A stretch of DNA of 64,000 nt from Leptolyngbyaceae cyanobacterium (GCA_965263355.1 CBDHHL010000056.1:2432001-2496000), one strand, 5' to 3'; positions 1 to 10,751 are shown, numbered from the stretch's first letter. A program made the numbers and translations. The notes: generated by a model not told the origin, from the sequence alone.

Positions 1-1179
1 TTCGAGGTCATTGTTTAGCTGTTGCTGCCTGACCTGATTACGTTCAAAGGCCGTTTTTGTAGATTCATCGTCCAGCAGGTGCGTTAACACGAGTTCCGTT
101 GACGCCTCGGAAAAATCCCCCGTACTGGCATTAGCCCGCAAGTCCAAGTTCCAGCGTCGGTTATCAACCGCAACTATTTCTTCAAGTTTGGCAATTTTTA
201 GCTCAAATTGTAGTTGCTGATAATCGGGTCGATTTGCATAGGCAACCGCCGCTAACTGAGCCAGAGATGGCATTACAAACTCTCGATCAATGGTATTGAG
301 CATAGAGAGGGCTTGGTCAGGAATTGTAATCTCTAACGAATCGGATACATCCAACAGATTGAGGAGATTAGACTTGGCCTGTTCGAGATCATTTTCAGCT
401 TCTAGCACAGTTGTTTCCGTAGCAGCCAGGTTAGCATCAATTTCCACGAGTTCAAACTGAGCCCGACGCCCCGCCTCGACGAGTGCCTCAATCGACCGTC
501 GCTGTTGTTGCTGTGTGGTCAATGACAGACGTTGAATTCGCAAAGCAGCCTGGGTGCGAATCAACCCATGATAAGCTTGAACACCACTGGTAATATCGGT
601 AATTAAACGCTGTCGTAACTCCAGCTGGTTGTTTTCTTCCTGTAGTCTTGCAATCTCAATCTGTGAGGTATTGACGGCTCTACCCCCTCCCCGCAACAAC
701 GGCTGGGTCAGACTCAGATCAAGTTCTCGATCATCTACATCGACACTGACTTCAATATCAGTACCCAAGGGAGTTAAAAATTCTGCCCGTAGCAATGCTT
801 CACGAGTCACTTCAGGCACAGCATCTTCTTGATCGCTGAGGCCAATACTGAGGGTGGGAATAAAATCTGGTAAAAAGATACTTTCTGCTTCTTCTAATTC
901 TTGCCGTTGAACAATTCTATCCAGAGTTGCATTTCTGAGGTCGAGATTATTTTCTAATAATAACTTAACCACGTCTGCCGCAGTCAGAGAGATATCTGCA
1001 GAGCCATTGTCGTTGTCATCTGTGGTTGACGAGTCTGTCGTTGCAGGAGCTGCTCTAGGGGGCGGCACATCGGCTGGGGGCAATTCTGGCAGGCCAGTTT
1101 GGGCTAAACCAGGGTACATAATTAACCCCAACAAAGTACTGACAAACAGAATTTGGTTAAGTTGACTTTGTAATCGCAT
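1..1179 (-). CDS. TolC-family outer-membrane efflux protein (3' end runs off the window)
   Basis: Not in the ORF track because it is truncated. Manual translation from ATG at 1179 gives MRLQSQLNQILFVSTLLGLIMYPGLAQ (signal-like) and then LSLTAADVVKLLLENNLDLRNATLDRIVQRQELEEAESIFLP, a TolC-like helical pattern. The start overlaps the permease stop (TGATG). Confidence 0.8.
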   Translation of the reverse strand, partial: MRLQSQLNQILFVSTLLGLIMYPGLAQTGLPELPPADVPPPRAAPATTDSSTTDDNDNGSADISLTAADVVKLLLENNLDLRNATLDRIVQRQELEEAESIFLPDFIPTLSIGLSDQEDAVPEVTREALLRAEFLTPLGTDIEVSVDVDDRELDLSLTQPLLRGGGRAVNTSQIEIARLQEENNQLELRQRLITDITSGVQAYHGLIRTQAALRIQRLSLTTQQQQRRSIEALVEAGRRAQFELVEIDANLAATETTVLEAENDLEQAKSNLLNLLDVSDSLEITIPDQALSMLNTIDREFVMPSLAQLAAVAYANRPDYQQLQFELKIAKLEEIVAVDNRRWNLDLRANASTGDFSEASTELVLTHLLDDESTKTAFERNQVRQQQLNNDLE

Positions 1180-2363
1180 CAGTCACTCCGCAGGGCTTTA
1201 ACAATATCAACTTGGGTGGCACGCAACGCTGGAATAAAACTGGCTCCCACACCAACCGCTACCGCCGCCCCCATAGACAGGGCAGCATTACGAGGAGAAA
1301 ATCGATAGGGGGCTTGAATAACAACGGTTGTAGCAACGTGAGTCAGGCCATGGACAGTGGCTACCGCGACTCCGCCCCCCAACAAGCTTAAAATCACAGC
1401 CTCTAAAATAAACTGGCTCATCACTTCTATCTTAGATGCCCCAATGGCACGACGAATACCAATTTCTTTGGTTCGTTCCAACACGGTCGCAACCGTAATG
1501 TTGGCAATGCCGACGCCACCAATCACAAGGGCAATCAACCCCACAGCGGTGAGGGCAGCTGAGGCAATCTGTTGGACTTCTAAATCTTCAAATAAGTCAT
1601 CTGCATTACTCCAAACATGCACCTCTGCCTGGGGAAAGCTCTCGATCAAGAAGTTTTCCACTGCGTCACTTAAGTCATTGATTTGGGTCAAGGAGTAGGC
1701 GCTAATTTGTAATGAATCCCATCGACGTCCTCCCGATAAAACGGTAGCAAAGGTTTCGGTCATCCAAAGTTCTCCCCCTGTACCCCACTCAGAGTTAGAT
1801 TTGGACTCCATCACACCGATAATGACAAAGCGATTGCCATTGGCATAAATTGCCTGATTTAAGGGGGATTTCTCCTGAAACAGACTGACGGCTAATTGCT
1901 CATCCACTAAGACAACAGGACGATATTGATCAACATCCGCTTGATCAAAAAAACGTCCCTGCAGCATCCGTCGTCCTGTGGTGTCTAAATAGTTAAGAGA
2001 GACACTACGGGCGCGAATTTCAGCTTCTTCTGCCTCATGCTGCACCGTATCAATGCTGTAAACATTGCTGATGGCACTAATAGCGCGAATTTCAGGAATT
2101 GAGTTTGTCAGTGCTTTTTGAAAGGTTTCATCTAGCTCAGGTTCAGGACCTTCCCGTGTCCAGACCCAGGGACTGACAAAGGGCCGATCACGCTCCGCTA
2201 GCTTGAGATTAATTTGCTCGCGGGTAATGGTTTGAATATTCAGGGTGGCACTGACCGCACCCACCCCCATAAATACTCCAAACGCCGTCAAACTAGACCG
2301 TAACCACTGATTCGTCAGGGAGCGCCAGGTCATCAATAAAAGGTCAGGTAAGGGCAGTCCCAT
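1179..2363 (-). CDS. MacB/FtsX-family ABC transporter permease
   Basis: LRSSLTAFGVFMGVGAV N-terminal TM, periplasmic domain, and VIGGVGIANITVATVLERTKEIGIRRAIGAS motif. Confidence 0.92.
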   Translation of the reverse strand: MGLPLPDLLLMTWRSLTNQWLRSSLTAFGVFMGVGAVSATLNIQTITREQINLKLAERDRPFVSPWVWTREGPEPELDETFQKALTNSIPEIRAISAISNVYSIDTVQHEAEEAEIRARSVSLNYLDTTGRRMLQGRFFDQADVDQYRPVVLVDEQLAVSLFQEKSPLNQAIYANGNRFVIIGVMESKSNSEWGTGGELWMTETFATVLSGGRRWDSLQISAYSLTQINDLSDAVENFLIESFPQAEVHVWSNADDLFEDLEVQQIASAALTAVGLIALVIGGVGIANITVATVLERTKEIGIRRAIGASKIEVMSQFILEAVILSLLGGGVAVATVHGLTHVATTVVIQAPYRFSPRNAALSMGAAVAVGVGASFIPALRATQVDIVKALRSD

Positions 2364-2368
2364 GGCAG

Positions 2369-3682
2369 TTATGGTTCTGGGTCCAATGCATCGGGCAAGA
2401 AAAATTCAGAGGAGTCACTAATGGGTGTACCAGGGGCAATGGTCAGCGTCGGTGGCACCAGGGCAATCTGATCATTGACACTCAGTCCTTTAGTCACCGC
2501 TACCAGGTCTAGACCTTGGAGGCCTAATTCAATCGGCTGCTGAGTTGCATTCCCTCGCTGATTTCGCAACCAGACAAACGGTTGCTCGCCATCTCGCTGC
2601 ACGGCTTCAGGCGGCACTACTAATACATCTTGCTGCTGCTCTGTAATAATTTCAACGCTGACAAAACTGCCAGGAATCAAAGTCTGACTAGCACTGTCTA
2701 AGCGTACTTGAGCGGTAACTCTGGCTTGATCATCTGAGGAATTTCGGCGATTGCCGGCGGCTAAAGCCTGGGGAGCTAGGGCCACCACACGTCCATCATA
2801 ATCCTGGGCATCAGGGCCAATGGCACGAATTCTGGCGGGTTGATTAATGCTGACTTTTGCCGCATCTAAGGTTGACAGCTGCAGAGCAACAATTTCTTGG
2901 CTGGGGTCCCCCAGGGTCAGTAGGTCAGTCTCAGTGGCAATGGCGTGACCAGGACTCACCTGCACATCCAGGACCACACCATCAATGGGGGAGCTGACAA
3001 CTCGATCGTTGAGCTGCTGCTCTAATAGGGTCAGCTGCTCAGATGCCGTCTTTAAGTCCAACTCGGTTTTGGTGACGGCTAATTGCCTGTCCTTGAGTGT
3101 GGAACGGGTATTGTCTAGCTCTGTTTGATCGCGCCGCACCTCGTCTTTAGGAATAAAGCCCTCAGCCGCTAATGTCTGGGATTCTTGATATCGCTCTAGG
3201 GCGGCATTCACCTGCTGCTGCACTTCGGTGACTTTTTCTTTGTCACGGGTGAGTTGAAGCTGAAATTTTTGGATTTCGACTTGCTGCGATCGCACATCTT
3301 GCTCTCTCTTGCGATCGCGCAGTACCACCAGCGGCTGACCAGCGGCTACTCGACTCCGCACATCCACCAGCACCTGCTCTACCGTGGCTTCATTTTGAGG
3401 GGACTTCAGGGTCTGCTGCCCCCCCAATGCCAGGGTGCCACTGGCGGTTACTGTTAGCTCGACAGTCGAACGCTCCACCGTATGGAGTGGCACGGCAATT
3501 GGCTCTGATGTAGTACTGCCATACCGCCTATAGCCCCAAATAGCGATACCGCCTAAGGCCGTAAACCCCACTAGCCAGATTGCGATCGCACGATACCTTA
3601 ATGAGTGAGGCGTCGACCTCAACGGCTCCACAGCCGTCAGCAACGTTTCCCCAGACTGCTCTGGAGCCCTAGCATCTGTCAT
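2369..3682 (-). CDS. MacA/HlyD-like efflux periplasmic adaptor (membrane fusion protein)
   Basis: N-terminal TM, lipoyl-like halves around a coiled coil (VAAGQPLVVL ... VVSSPIDGVV), C-terminal VLVVPPEAV; in an operon with the permease and TolC. Confidence 0.9.
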   Translation of the reverse strand: MTDARAPEQSGETLLTAVEPLRSTPHSLRYRAIAIWLVGFTALGGIAIWGYRRYGSTTSEPIAVPLHTVERSTVELTVTASGTLALGGQQTLKSPQNEATVEQVLVDVRSRVAAGQPLVVLRDRKREQDVRSQQVEIQKFQLQLTRDKEKVTEVQQQVNAALERYQESQTLAAEGFIPKDEVRRDQTELDNTRSTLKDRQLAVTKTELDLKTASEQLTLLEQQLNDRVVSSPIDGVVLDVQVSPGHAIATETDLLTLGDPSQEIVALQLSTLDAAKVSINQPARIRAIGPDAQDYDGRVVALAPQALAAGNRRNSSDDQARVTAQVRLDSASQTLIPGSFVSVEIITEQQQDVLVVPPEAVQRDGEQPFVWLRNQRGNATQQPIELGLQGLDLVAVTKGLSVNDQIALVPPTLTIAPGTPISDSSEFFLPDALDPEP

Positions 3683-3765
3683 ATTCTCTGCTACTTAAAC
3701 GGCAAATGCCCGTGATGTCCATTAATCAAATCTTACAAAGATTAACCGCTGGGTGTCCAATCACA

Positions 3766-3799
3766 CTTGCCCAAAAGTAGAGCTTGCCCAAAAGTAGAG
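3766..3799. repeat. Exact tandem duplication of 17 bp (CTTGCCCAAAAGTAGAG x2)
   Basis: 3766-3782 and 3783-3799 are identical; about 85 bp upstream of the adaptor gene. Confidence 0.9.
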
Positions 3800-4068
3800 A
3801 AACCTGTACCTTATGCTCCGGATCCTTAAAGGCGACCTTACAGCCCGCATCCCAGTCATCTTAACGACGAGCACCATGGCTCACGATAATCATCGCACAG
3901 CAAGATTGTCGCAAGTTGTCAACAGCTTACTGCAGAGAGTCTGATAGTAGCACATTTTGTCACAAGCCATACATCCCATAACATCTGAGGCAGACACATC
4001 TATCACTATCCCCTCTGAATCTCACTGAAAAAATCAGAGAAAAACATCTCACGTTAACTGAATAATCC

Positions 4069-4800
4069 CTAAACGATCAACAACAAAGTTGTATAAAGAG
4101 CAGCACCCGTCATAAAGGAGAAGAAACAACTTTGTATTTCATCGGGTAGTTCGTGCTTCAAAATATTGAGGATGATACTGCCAGCTAGAAAAGACCAAAC
4201 AAGAGAGATCCCAGCTTCGCCGAGGTGTAGGGATTGTCCTGCGATCGCACCCACCATAATCGCCGCCGTCAATAGCCAACGTCCATACTTATCATAGGGA
4301 ACCTGATGGTGCTCCCGTAAGCCATGATCAACAATAAAAAAGTGCAGTGCGATAGCTGCAAAAAATAATAAACACTGCAACAGAGTATGGCTGGTTAACT
4401 CCTGTAGTAAATATCCCACAATCACATTAAGCACAGTAAAACCAGCAATATGAATCCAGAAAACAGTATGGTGGGCACTATCTTGATTGTTATTAATTTT
4501 GTTAGTCTGGCGAGATTTGAGCGCTAAGATATCTAAACCGTAGAACATTAACAAGCCCAGCAATGCTAGCAAATAAACATGATTTTCCAAATAGGCAAAC
4601 AATGGAATTTCAGAATGTTCTATCGCTTCTTGAGCATGGCTTAACTCTGGAAAAACTTCAAGAAAAACATAGCCAATGGATACGCCTCCCGCAAAGGACA
4701 TCCAACGAAATTCAGGAATAAAGGAAAAAATCTTTAGCTTAGAAACAAATGCATGAACAAATGCTAGGCCAACTGCTAACGCAATCCCTGGTCCAGACAT
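4069..4800 (-). CDS. Multi-pass membrane protein, possibly related to ZIP-type metal transporters
   Basis: About 8 hydrophobic segments; FAGGVSIGYVFLEVFPEL, His-rich LHFFIVDHGLREHH and LKHELP motifs. Confidence 0.55.
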   Translation of the reverse strand: MSGPGIALAVGLAFVHAFVSKLKIFSFIPEFRWMSFAGGVSIGYVFLEVFPELSHAQEAIEHSEIPLFAYLENHVYLLALLGLLMFYGLDILALKSRQTNKINNNQDSAHHTVFWIHIAGFTVLNVIVGYLLQELTSHTLLQCLLFFAAIALHFFIVDHGLREHHQVPYDKYGRWLLTAAIMVGAIAGQSLHLGEAGISLVWSFLAGSIILNILKHELPDEIQSCFFSFMTGAALYTTLLLIV

Positions 4801-5263
4801 AATTTTCCCTTAACTCTATAAGTCGGTACGCTACTGACAATGGTGATATAAGTTTAGACTGCAGGCTAACGTTGCTTACCTAAATTAACTTTCAATACAG
4901 ATATCACTCCTATCGCTAGCCGCTAAAACAACAATTGGCTCTATTGCTTTGCTCTCTCAGAAAACCACTGTGTGGTCTATCGCACTGACCATGAAGAATA
5001 GGTCTTAAGGTTCATCGAAACTTGAATGGGAAGTTGCTTCAAAGCTAAGTAGGATATGGATTAATTATTAAGGCTCTGAACTCGCTCAAGAATCCCTGAT
5101 ATTTTTAGTCGGTAACCCTGCTAAGATTTAGAAATCTTCAAAACATTAGGGACAGATCACTTTCTCCTAACGATAGCGATAGAGCGTAATTGTTCTCGGG
5201 CATTACCATAGTTTTTCAACCACATCCCGATAAAACTACTGGGTTACATCTATTATTCCGGAT

Positions 5264-5872
5264 GTGGGCATAGTCGATTTTCAGTCACACTCAGTTCCCA
5301 TGGAAGATTTTGATCGCTATGGCTTTTCCAGGCATGACCTGAATGTAAGAGCCGCTCATTCGCTATGTAGAGCAGGCTGGATGTTGGCTGAAATCAATGG
5401 TGTTCTTCAGAACGGTGACATTAGCCCCACAGGATTTCAAATCATCCGACAGCAAGCAACCACCCTGGACCAGCTACAGCGCCAATTTGGTCCACCCCCA
5501 GCGTTGCGACCAGCTCCCGTAACCTCATCCACTGATATTAAGCTCATGGAGGTTGATATCAACCGAGTGCCAACTATGCGAGTCATGAATCGCGGCGTAG
5601 AAGAAGCTGCTGCTGTGCTGAGTCACCATGGCTGGCATTTTTCGCAAATTCGCAGAGTGCTTAAAGCACCAGAGACACCGTTAGGGGATCTAGGATTGGC
5701 CTTAATACATGAACTCCAGCAAGAGTATCAAACACCACGCAGTAATCTACGTAAATCCCCGCAGACAATTCCTCAGAAGCCGACTGTCTCTAGGGTTCAG
5801 ATATTCGTCATCTTATTTTGGGTGGGCCTGTCAATTTTTATTGGAGTTTCATTGATTCTTCACCTGCTGTGA
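5264..5872 (+). CDS. Hypothetical protein with C-terminal TM anchor (paralog of 6084-6728); start may be ATG 5300
   Basis: ORF; two internal L-x2-3-GW-x4-I-x2-VL motifs; C-terminal hydrophobic helix. Confidence 0.7.
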   Translation: MGIVDFQSHSVPMEDFDRYGFSRHDLNVRAAHSLCRAGWMLAEINGVLQNGDISPTGFQIIRQQATTLDQLQRQFGPPPALRPAPVTSSTDIKLMEVDINRVPTMRVMNRGVEEAAAVLSHHGWHFSQIRRVLKAPETPLGDLGLALIHELQQEYQTPRSNLRKSPQTIPQKPTVSRVQIFVILFWVGLSIFIGVSLILHLL

Positions 5873-6083
5873 AGTTTTTGGCGAGACATATCAGGAGAAT
5901 CACTGTTCCCTTCGTATGTCGTTTATATGTAGTTATAAATCAGAGTATCCAGACCGCTAATTTAGGGTCAGGAATTGCTCAGTTCACGTCCACTTAGTCA
6001 TAGCAGTTATACGCAATCCAGAAGTGCTCCAAGTTCGGGCAAACGTATTTATCTAGCTAAGTATTTGATAAGTCTAGGGTTAT

Positions 6084-6728
6084 ATGAAAAACGTTCAGCA
6101 TCATGATGCCTTACTGGAGCAAGCTATAGATATCAGAGCTGCTCGCACCTTATGTAGAGATGGTTGGTCATGCAAGCAAATTAATGCTGTCCTGAAAAAT
6201 ACTAAAATCAGCGCTCAGGAATTTGTCGATATGCAGACTCAGTCCAGGGAACTGGATAAACTCCAGAACGTGTTTGGCTCGCCGGATGACTCTTTAGCTG
6301 TAGGTCATGCTGAGCCTAATCAGTCAGAGCTTGATTTTCTGAACCGTGGTCCCGATGCAGCTGTAGCGGTGTTAAAAGAAAAAGGGTGGAATAACTACGA
6401 AATTAGCCTTGTCATCCAGGAATCCATGTTTGCATCCCTGGATGAACCTACAGTTGACTGGCCTGAACAGCAACAGCCTGGAGAGATCGCCGGACATGGT
6501 GCGGCAATCCCTCCACAGACTGCGCCGCCTAGCCATAGTTATCCACCGCCCCACAGTTATAACCAGGGCCCAAGGGCTGCTGCCATTAGCAATATCTCGA
6601 CCCCTGGATTAGCCTCAAATAGACGCGCACCTCATCGCAGAAGTGCACTCCAGAACTTTGGACGTGACGTATTTATATTGGCATTTATGGCTGGATTAGC
6701 CCTGGCATTGCTATTTACCTTGCTGTAA
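6084..6728 (+). CDS. Hypothetical protein with C-terminal TM anchor (paralog of 5264-5872)
   Basis: IRAARTLCRDGWSCKQINAVL aligns with VRAAHSLCRAGWMLAEINGVL; ELDKLQNVFG aligns with TLDQLQRQFG; C-terminal TM. Confidence 0.75.
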   Translation: MKNVQHHDALLEQAIDIRAARTLCRDGWSCKQINAVLKNTKISAQEFVDMQTQSRELDKLQNVFGSPDDSLAVGHAEPNQSELDFLNRGPDAAVAVLKEKGWNNYEISLVIQESMFASLDEPTVDWPEQQQPGEIAGHGAAIPPQTAPPSHSYPPPHSYNQGPRAAAISNISTPGLASNRRAPHRRSALQNFGRDVFILAFMAGLALALLFTLL

Positions 6729-6734
6729 ACAGCC

Positions 6735-7007
6735 TCAATACTCAACGACAAATTCGTCAAAACGATTGATTGGCAGACAGTTTTCAACTTCGATGCGTGT
6801 AACACTTGAACGCTCGGAACCTTTTTTTGTCCATTCAATTAGCGCCTTAAGCTGGTCATCAGGCCCATCAGCAACAATTTCTACCGTATGGTCGGGCTTA
6901 TTGATAACATAGCCCGTCAAACTCAATGCCTGAGCTTTTTTACGTGTGTGATAACGAAAGCCCACACCTTGCACTCGGCCATACACCGTAATTTTTATTC
7001 GTGACAT
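6735..7007 (-). CDS. acyP: Acylphosphatase
   Basis: VYGRVQGVGFRY signature, GYVINKPDHTVEIVADG, 90 aa. Confidence 0.95.
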   Translation of the reverse strand: MSRIKITVYGRVQGVGFRYHTRKKAQALSLTGYVINKPDHTVEIVADGPDDQLKALIEWTKKGSERSSVTRIEVENCLPINRFDEFVVEY

Positions 7008-7128
7008 CTAAGGGGTGAACTAACTGGTTACCCCTTATTTTGTATCAAAATGTAATTATTTTTTAAGTTTTATTAAGAGGCAAAATTTTAGTGGCCAGGG
7101 TATTTGTTTTTCAAAATGTCAGCGCAAT

Positions 7129-8154
7129 TTACCTTGACAAAGGGGCAGCATGATAAGTAATTCTACTCATTGGATCTGGGATTTGAACCAAGGCTGCTTT
7201 TACGGTGTCAACACCAGCCCCTGGTCGACAGCTATGGTCAGTCAAATGACGTTTCCAGGCCCGACTGCCAGGTTGACCATGAAAGAGCTGCAGCATATGA
7301 CGGGTAATGGAGTGAAGCTTTGTACCTTGTTCGGTCCAATGGGCGATGTAGGGCAGCATCGCAGTCACGACTTGGTGACGTGTTAGGGGCTCACCCATTG
7401 CGTAAATATCACGGTCAGCCAGGGCAAAAATATAGGGTGTGTCATAGGCGGCGCGACCAATCATCACCGCATCTACATGCTGCAGATGCGTCTGGGAAAC
7501 CTCTAAGGTTTTGATTCCTCCATTGATTTCAATCCACAACTTGGGATATTCCTCTTTAAGGCGATAAACGTCGTCGTAGCGCAGGGGAGGAATATTGCGA
7601 TTGTCTTTGGGGCTCACCCCCTGTAGCCATGCTTTACGGGCATGAACAGTAAACCGACGACAGCCAGCTGACGCTACAGTGGTGACAAATTTCACCATGT
7701 CTTCGTAGCGATCGCACTCATCAATCCCAATCCGATGCTTTACGGTCACCGGAATCCTGACAGTCGCCTGCATCGCTGATATACAATCTGCTACTAATGC
7801 TGGTTGCCCCATTAGACAGGCACCAAAGTTGCCACTTTGCACGCGATTACTGGGACAGCCCACATTCAAATTGACTTCGTCATATCCCATGTCCTCAGCA
7901 ATCTGTGCACACTTAGCCAACAGTTGAGGATGATCCCCGCCAATTTGAAGCGATAGGGGCTTTTCAGCCGGATCAAAGCCGAGTAGTTTGTTGCGATCTC
8001 CATAGAGAATAGCTTGGGCCGTAATCATCTCGGTATAGAGCAGCGTTTTCCGCGTAATCTGCCGCATAAAATAACGAAAATGCCGATCTGTGCGGTCCAT
8101 CATAGGCGCCACACTGAGGGGATAAAGGCGTTGAGCGATTGGAGTAGAAAGCAT
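7129..8154 (-). CDS. dusA: tRNA-dihydrouridine(20/20a) synthase DusA (ATG 8154 preferred over TTG 8169)
   Basis: SVAPMMDRTDRHFRY, NLNVGCPS, VTVKHRIGID, HARKAWLQG, INGGI, VMIGRAAY. Confidence 0.95.
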   Translation of the reverse strand: MLSTPIAQRLYPLSVAPMMDRTDRHFRYFMRQITRKTLLYTEMITAQAILYGDRNKLLGFDPAEKPLSLQIGGDHPQLLAKCAQIAEDMGYDEVNLNVGCPSNRVQSGNFGACLMGQPALVADCISAMQATVRIPVTVKHRIGIDECDRYEDMVKFVTTVASAGCRRFTVHARKAWLQGVSPKDNRNIPPLRYDDVYRLKEEYPKLWIEINGGIKTLEVSQTHLQHVDAVMIGRAAYDTPYIFALADRDIYAMGEPLTRHQVVTAMLPYIAHWTEQGTKLHSITRHMLQLFHGQPGSRAWKRHLTDHSCRPGAGVDTVKAALVQIPDPMSRITYHAAPLSR

Positions 8155-8260
8155 TGAGCAACTGATCAAGCAGTGGGTGAATAGCGCATTAGCTTTGTTG
8201 GATTTCGCGTAGCTTTACCCAACAAAACCAAGGGGTGGTTAGAGACATGTAAAACCCAAC

Positions 8261-10030
8261 CTACGGTTGAAGCTCCGCACCTTCTTTATCCAAATACGCT
8301 TTTGCCTTTTGCGGCTGCCCCCAAAGCACTTGCTCGTGTTTATAAATCACCATGCCAGGACGGGCTCCTTTAGGTTTATAAACATGTTTAGGTTTTGTGT
8401 AAACCACTGGCACCTGCTCAGATTGACGTGCCCGACTAAACCAAGCAGCAATATTAGCGGCAAACGCCAGCTCATTATCACTGGCCTCAGCTCCAGGAGC
8501 CAAACGAAGGAGGACATGACTACCAGGAATTTCCTGGGTGTGAAGCCATATGTCATAGTCGTTAGCAGCCTTAAACGACAGAGCTTCGTTTTGGTTATTG
8601 TTGCGCCCTACCCAAACCTCAGTACCGTTAGGGGTTTGCAACTTATAGAAGTTGGGCAACTGATCCCGACCACGCTGTTTCTGACGCTGATAGGGGTTCT
8701 CTAGATACCCCTGTTGCACAAGTTCATCACGAATTTCCTCAAGCGCCGTAAGATCGTCAGCTTGGCCATAGCTTTCCGTCTGAGTTAGCGCCGATTCTAC
8801 CTGCTCAAGATAGAGCAGTTCGGTTTCCACCTCTTCAAGCAAGGGCATTACAGCATCACGGGTACGCTTAAGTTTTTGGTGACGCTTATAAAATGCCTGG
8901 GCATTTTGCACTGCATTTTTCTCAGGGTTCAGGGCCAAGGTCACCGGTTCTCCTGATTCAAAATCCTGCAGCTGAATCGACGACATACCCGGCTGCCATT
9001 CATGGAGATAGGCCATGAGTAAATCAGCCTTTAGCCGATAGCGTTCAGCCTGGTCAGAATCCTCCAGACGCTGATGAAAATTAGCAGCTTTTTGACGCAG
9101 CTTACCTATCAGGGTTTTCACTTTTTGGCGCAGCTGATGATGCAGCTGAGAAAAAAACTGCTGATTGAGATGGGTGGTGTAATAATCATTCAACAGCTCT
9201 TGAATAGAGCCTGGAAAATCCCCTCCTACAGATGACGCAGTCCAGCCCAAAACTGTATATCCCTGATGCGTATAGGTCGGTTGAAAATCGTTTTTCTCTA
9301 AGCATTGCAACCAACGTTGCCACTGTAGATATAACTGCTGCCAATCATCTGTCGTCAAACTGTCGGTGGTTTGATTAGGTCCCAGATTCGCAGCATAGCT
9401 CAGCTGCTTAGCCAGGGCAGTACTCAGACCGCTATAGCTTTTCACCATCATTTTGCTCAACTTACCAGGCACCAAACTAATCCGCTCTTGCCAGTCGACA
9501 AATGACTCATCCAAACGGGGCAACGTCCCTACAATGGTTGGTGGTGGCTTGTATGGCCCACCGGTACGAATCGTACGAACACTGGACTGCTGTTCATTCA
9601 CCTGATGGGCTGCCGTGATAATCTCTTGCCGAGCATTAGTCAATAAAACATTGCTATATTTCCCCATAATCTCCACATAAAGATGCCATTCTGCAGATTC
9701 ATCAGGACGACGAGCAAACTGCAAATCAATCGCACGCTCCCAAGGTGCAAGAAATTCAATCTTGGTCAGGGCCAGCCCCCTAAATTGATGTTTTAATTGC
9801 TGACTAAATGTAAAGGTATCGGGATGTTTGGGAGGAGCAGCTCCTATATGGATGCGAGCGGCTTGAGGATGCCAGGAAATAATTAGCCAACCCCGTCGGT
9901 CAAATGTACGTAACCCCAAACAAATAGTGTTACGATCTTGTTGCACTACTTGTTCACAACGAGCAGGCAACCATTCGGTGGCTAGCTCATTACATACTGC
10001 CCTAAGGGTTGTTATATCAACCGGCTGCAC
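8261..10030 (-). CDS. rqcH: NFACT/FbpA-family protein (RqcH-like ribosome quality-control factor)
   Basis: EIMGKYSNVLL, coiled coil with NAQAFYKRHQKLKR, NFACT-R domain VGRNNNQNE...WLHTQEIPGSHV...KPKGARPGMVIY. Confidence 0.9.
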   Translation of the reverse strand: MQPVDITTLRAVCNELATEWLPARCEQVVQQDRNTICLGLRTFDRRGWLIISWHPQAARIHIGAAPPKHPDTFTFSQQLKHQFRGLALTKIEFLAPWERAIDLQFARRPDESAEWHLYVEIMGKYSNVLLTNARQEIITAAHQVNEQQSSVRTIRTGGPYKPPPTIVGTLPRLDESFVDWQERISLVPGKLSKMMVKSYSGLSTALAKQLSYAANLGPNQTTDSLTTDDWQQLYLQWQRWLQCLEKNDFQPTYTHQGYTVLGWTASSVGGDFPGSIQELLNDYYTTHLNQQFFSQLHHQLRQKVKTLIGKLRQKAANFHQRLEDSDQAERYRLKADLLMAYLHEWQPGMSSIQLQDFESGEPVTLALNPEKNAVQNAQAFYKRHQKLKRTRDAVMPLLEEVETELLYLEQVESALTQTESYGQADDLTALEEIRDELVQQGYLENPYQRQKQRGRDQLPNFYKLQTPNGTEVWVGRNNNQNEALSFKAANDYDIWLHTQEIPGSHVLLRLAPGAEASDNELAFAANIAAWFSRARQSEQVPVVYTKPKHVYKPKGARPGMVIYKHEQVLWGQPQKAKAYLDKEGAELQP

Positions 10031-10313
10031 TTTTTATCCTCAGTTATCAGTGATTTTGCAAATTTATGAATGATTTAGCGATTTTTTTGTTCTCTTTAAC
10101 CACGAGGTGGGCAATCTAAAGCTGGGTTAATACAGACAAAATTCTTCATTTTCAATGGTTACGCCTCATTTTTCTCATGTTTAATCGCTTTTTTTTCGTT
10201 AACATTTCGGTAACAGGATTTAGTCATTTACGCAATTGAGATAACACTTTTTTGCGCACAGTAGCTCTTGCTGCTTTTCAGGTTTTATGTATTGAATGCT
10301 TGCTTTCAAAACT

Positions 10314-10571
10314 ATGGACATTAAGCTTATCAATATTGGCTTTGGCAATATCGTATCTGCGAATCGCGTTGTGGCTATTGTTAGCCCTGAGTCTGCCCCC
10401 ATCAAACGCCTGATTGGCGATGCTCGCGACACAGGACAACTGGTTGATGCGACCTATGGTAGACGCACTCGAGCTGTAATTGTGACTGATTCAGACCATG
10501 TGATCTTATCGGCTCTGCAGCCTGAGACAGTAGCAAATCGCTTTATGATCAGTAAAGAGAATGGTGATTGA
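10314..10571 (+). CDS. remA: DUF370 / RemA-family protein
   Basis: [28 protein letters not shown]...[30 protein letters not shown]. Confidence 0.93.
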   Translation: MDIKLINIGFGNIVSANRVVAIVSPESAPIKRLIGDARDTGQLVDATYGRRTRAVIVTDSDHVILSALQPETVANRFMISKENGD

Positions 10572-10751
10572 TTACCATAGACTGCCGGATGTATAACAGT
10601 CCCATAGATGTCATTGGCTGCGACTACGCTCAGTCAACGACATTTATTATGCAAAAAGGGACGATTACATTCAGTTCACAGCCCTTGATAAAGACTTGAG
10701 CGGTTTACACTAAAGACATTAGTAATAATGCCACCAAGATTGCATTTGCAG

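Noticed and set aside
8190..8262. Degenerate GTTGG...CCCAAC repeat remnants between dusA and NFACT
   Set aside because: Too imperfect to call as a defined element; may be decayed REP-like sequence.
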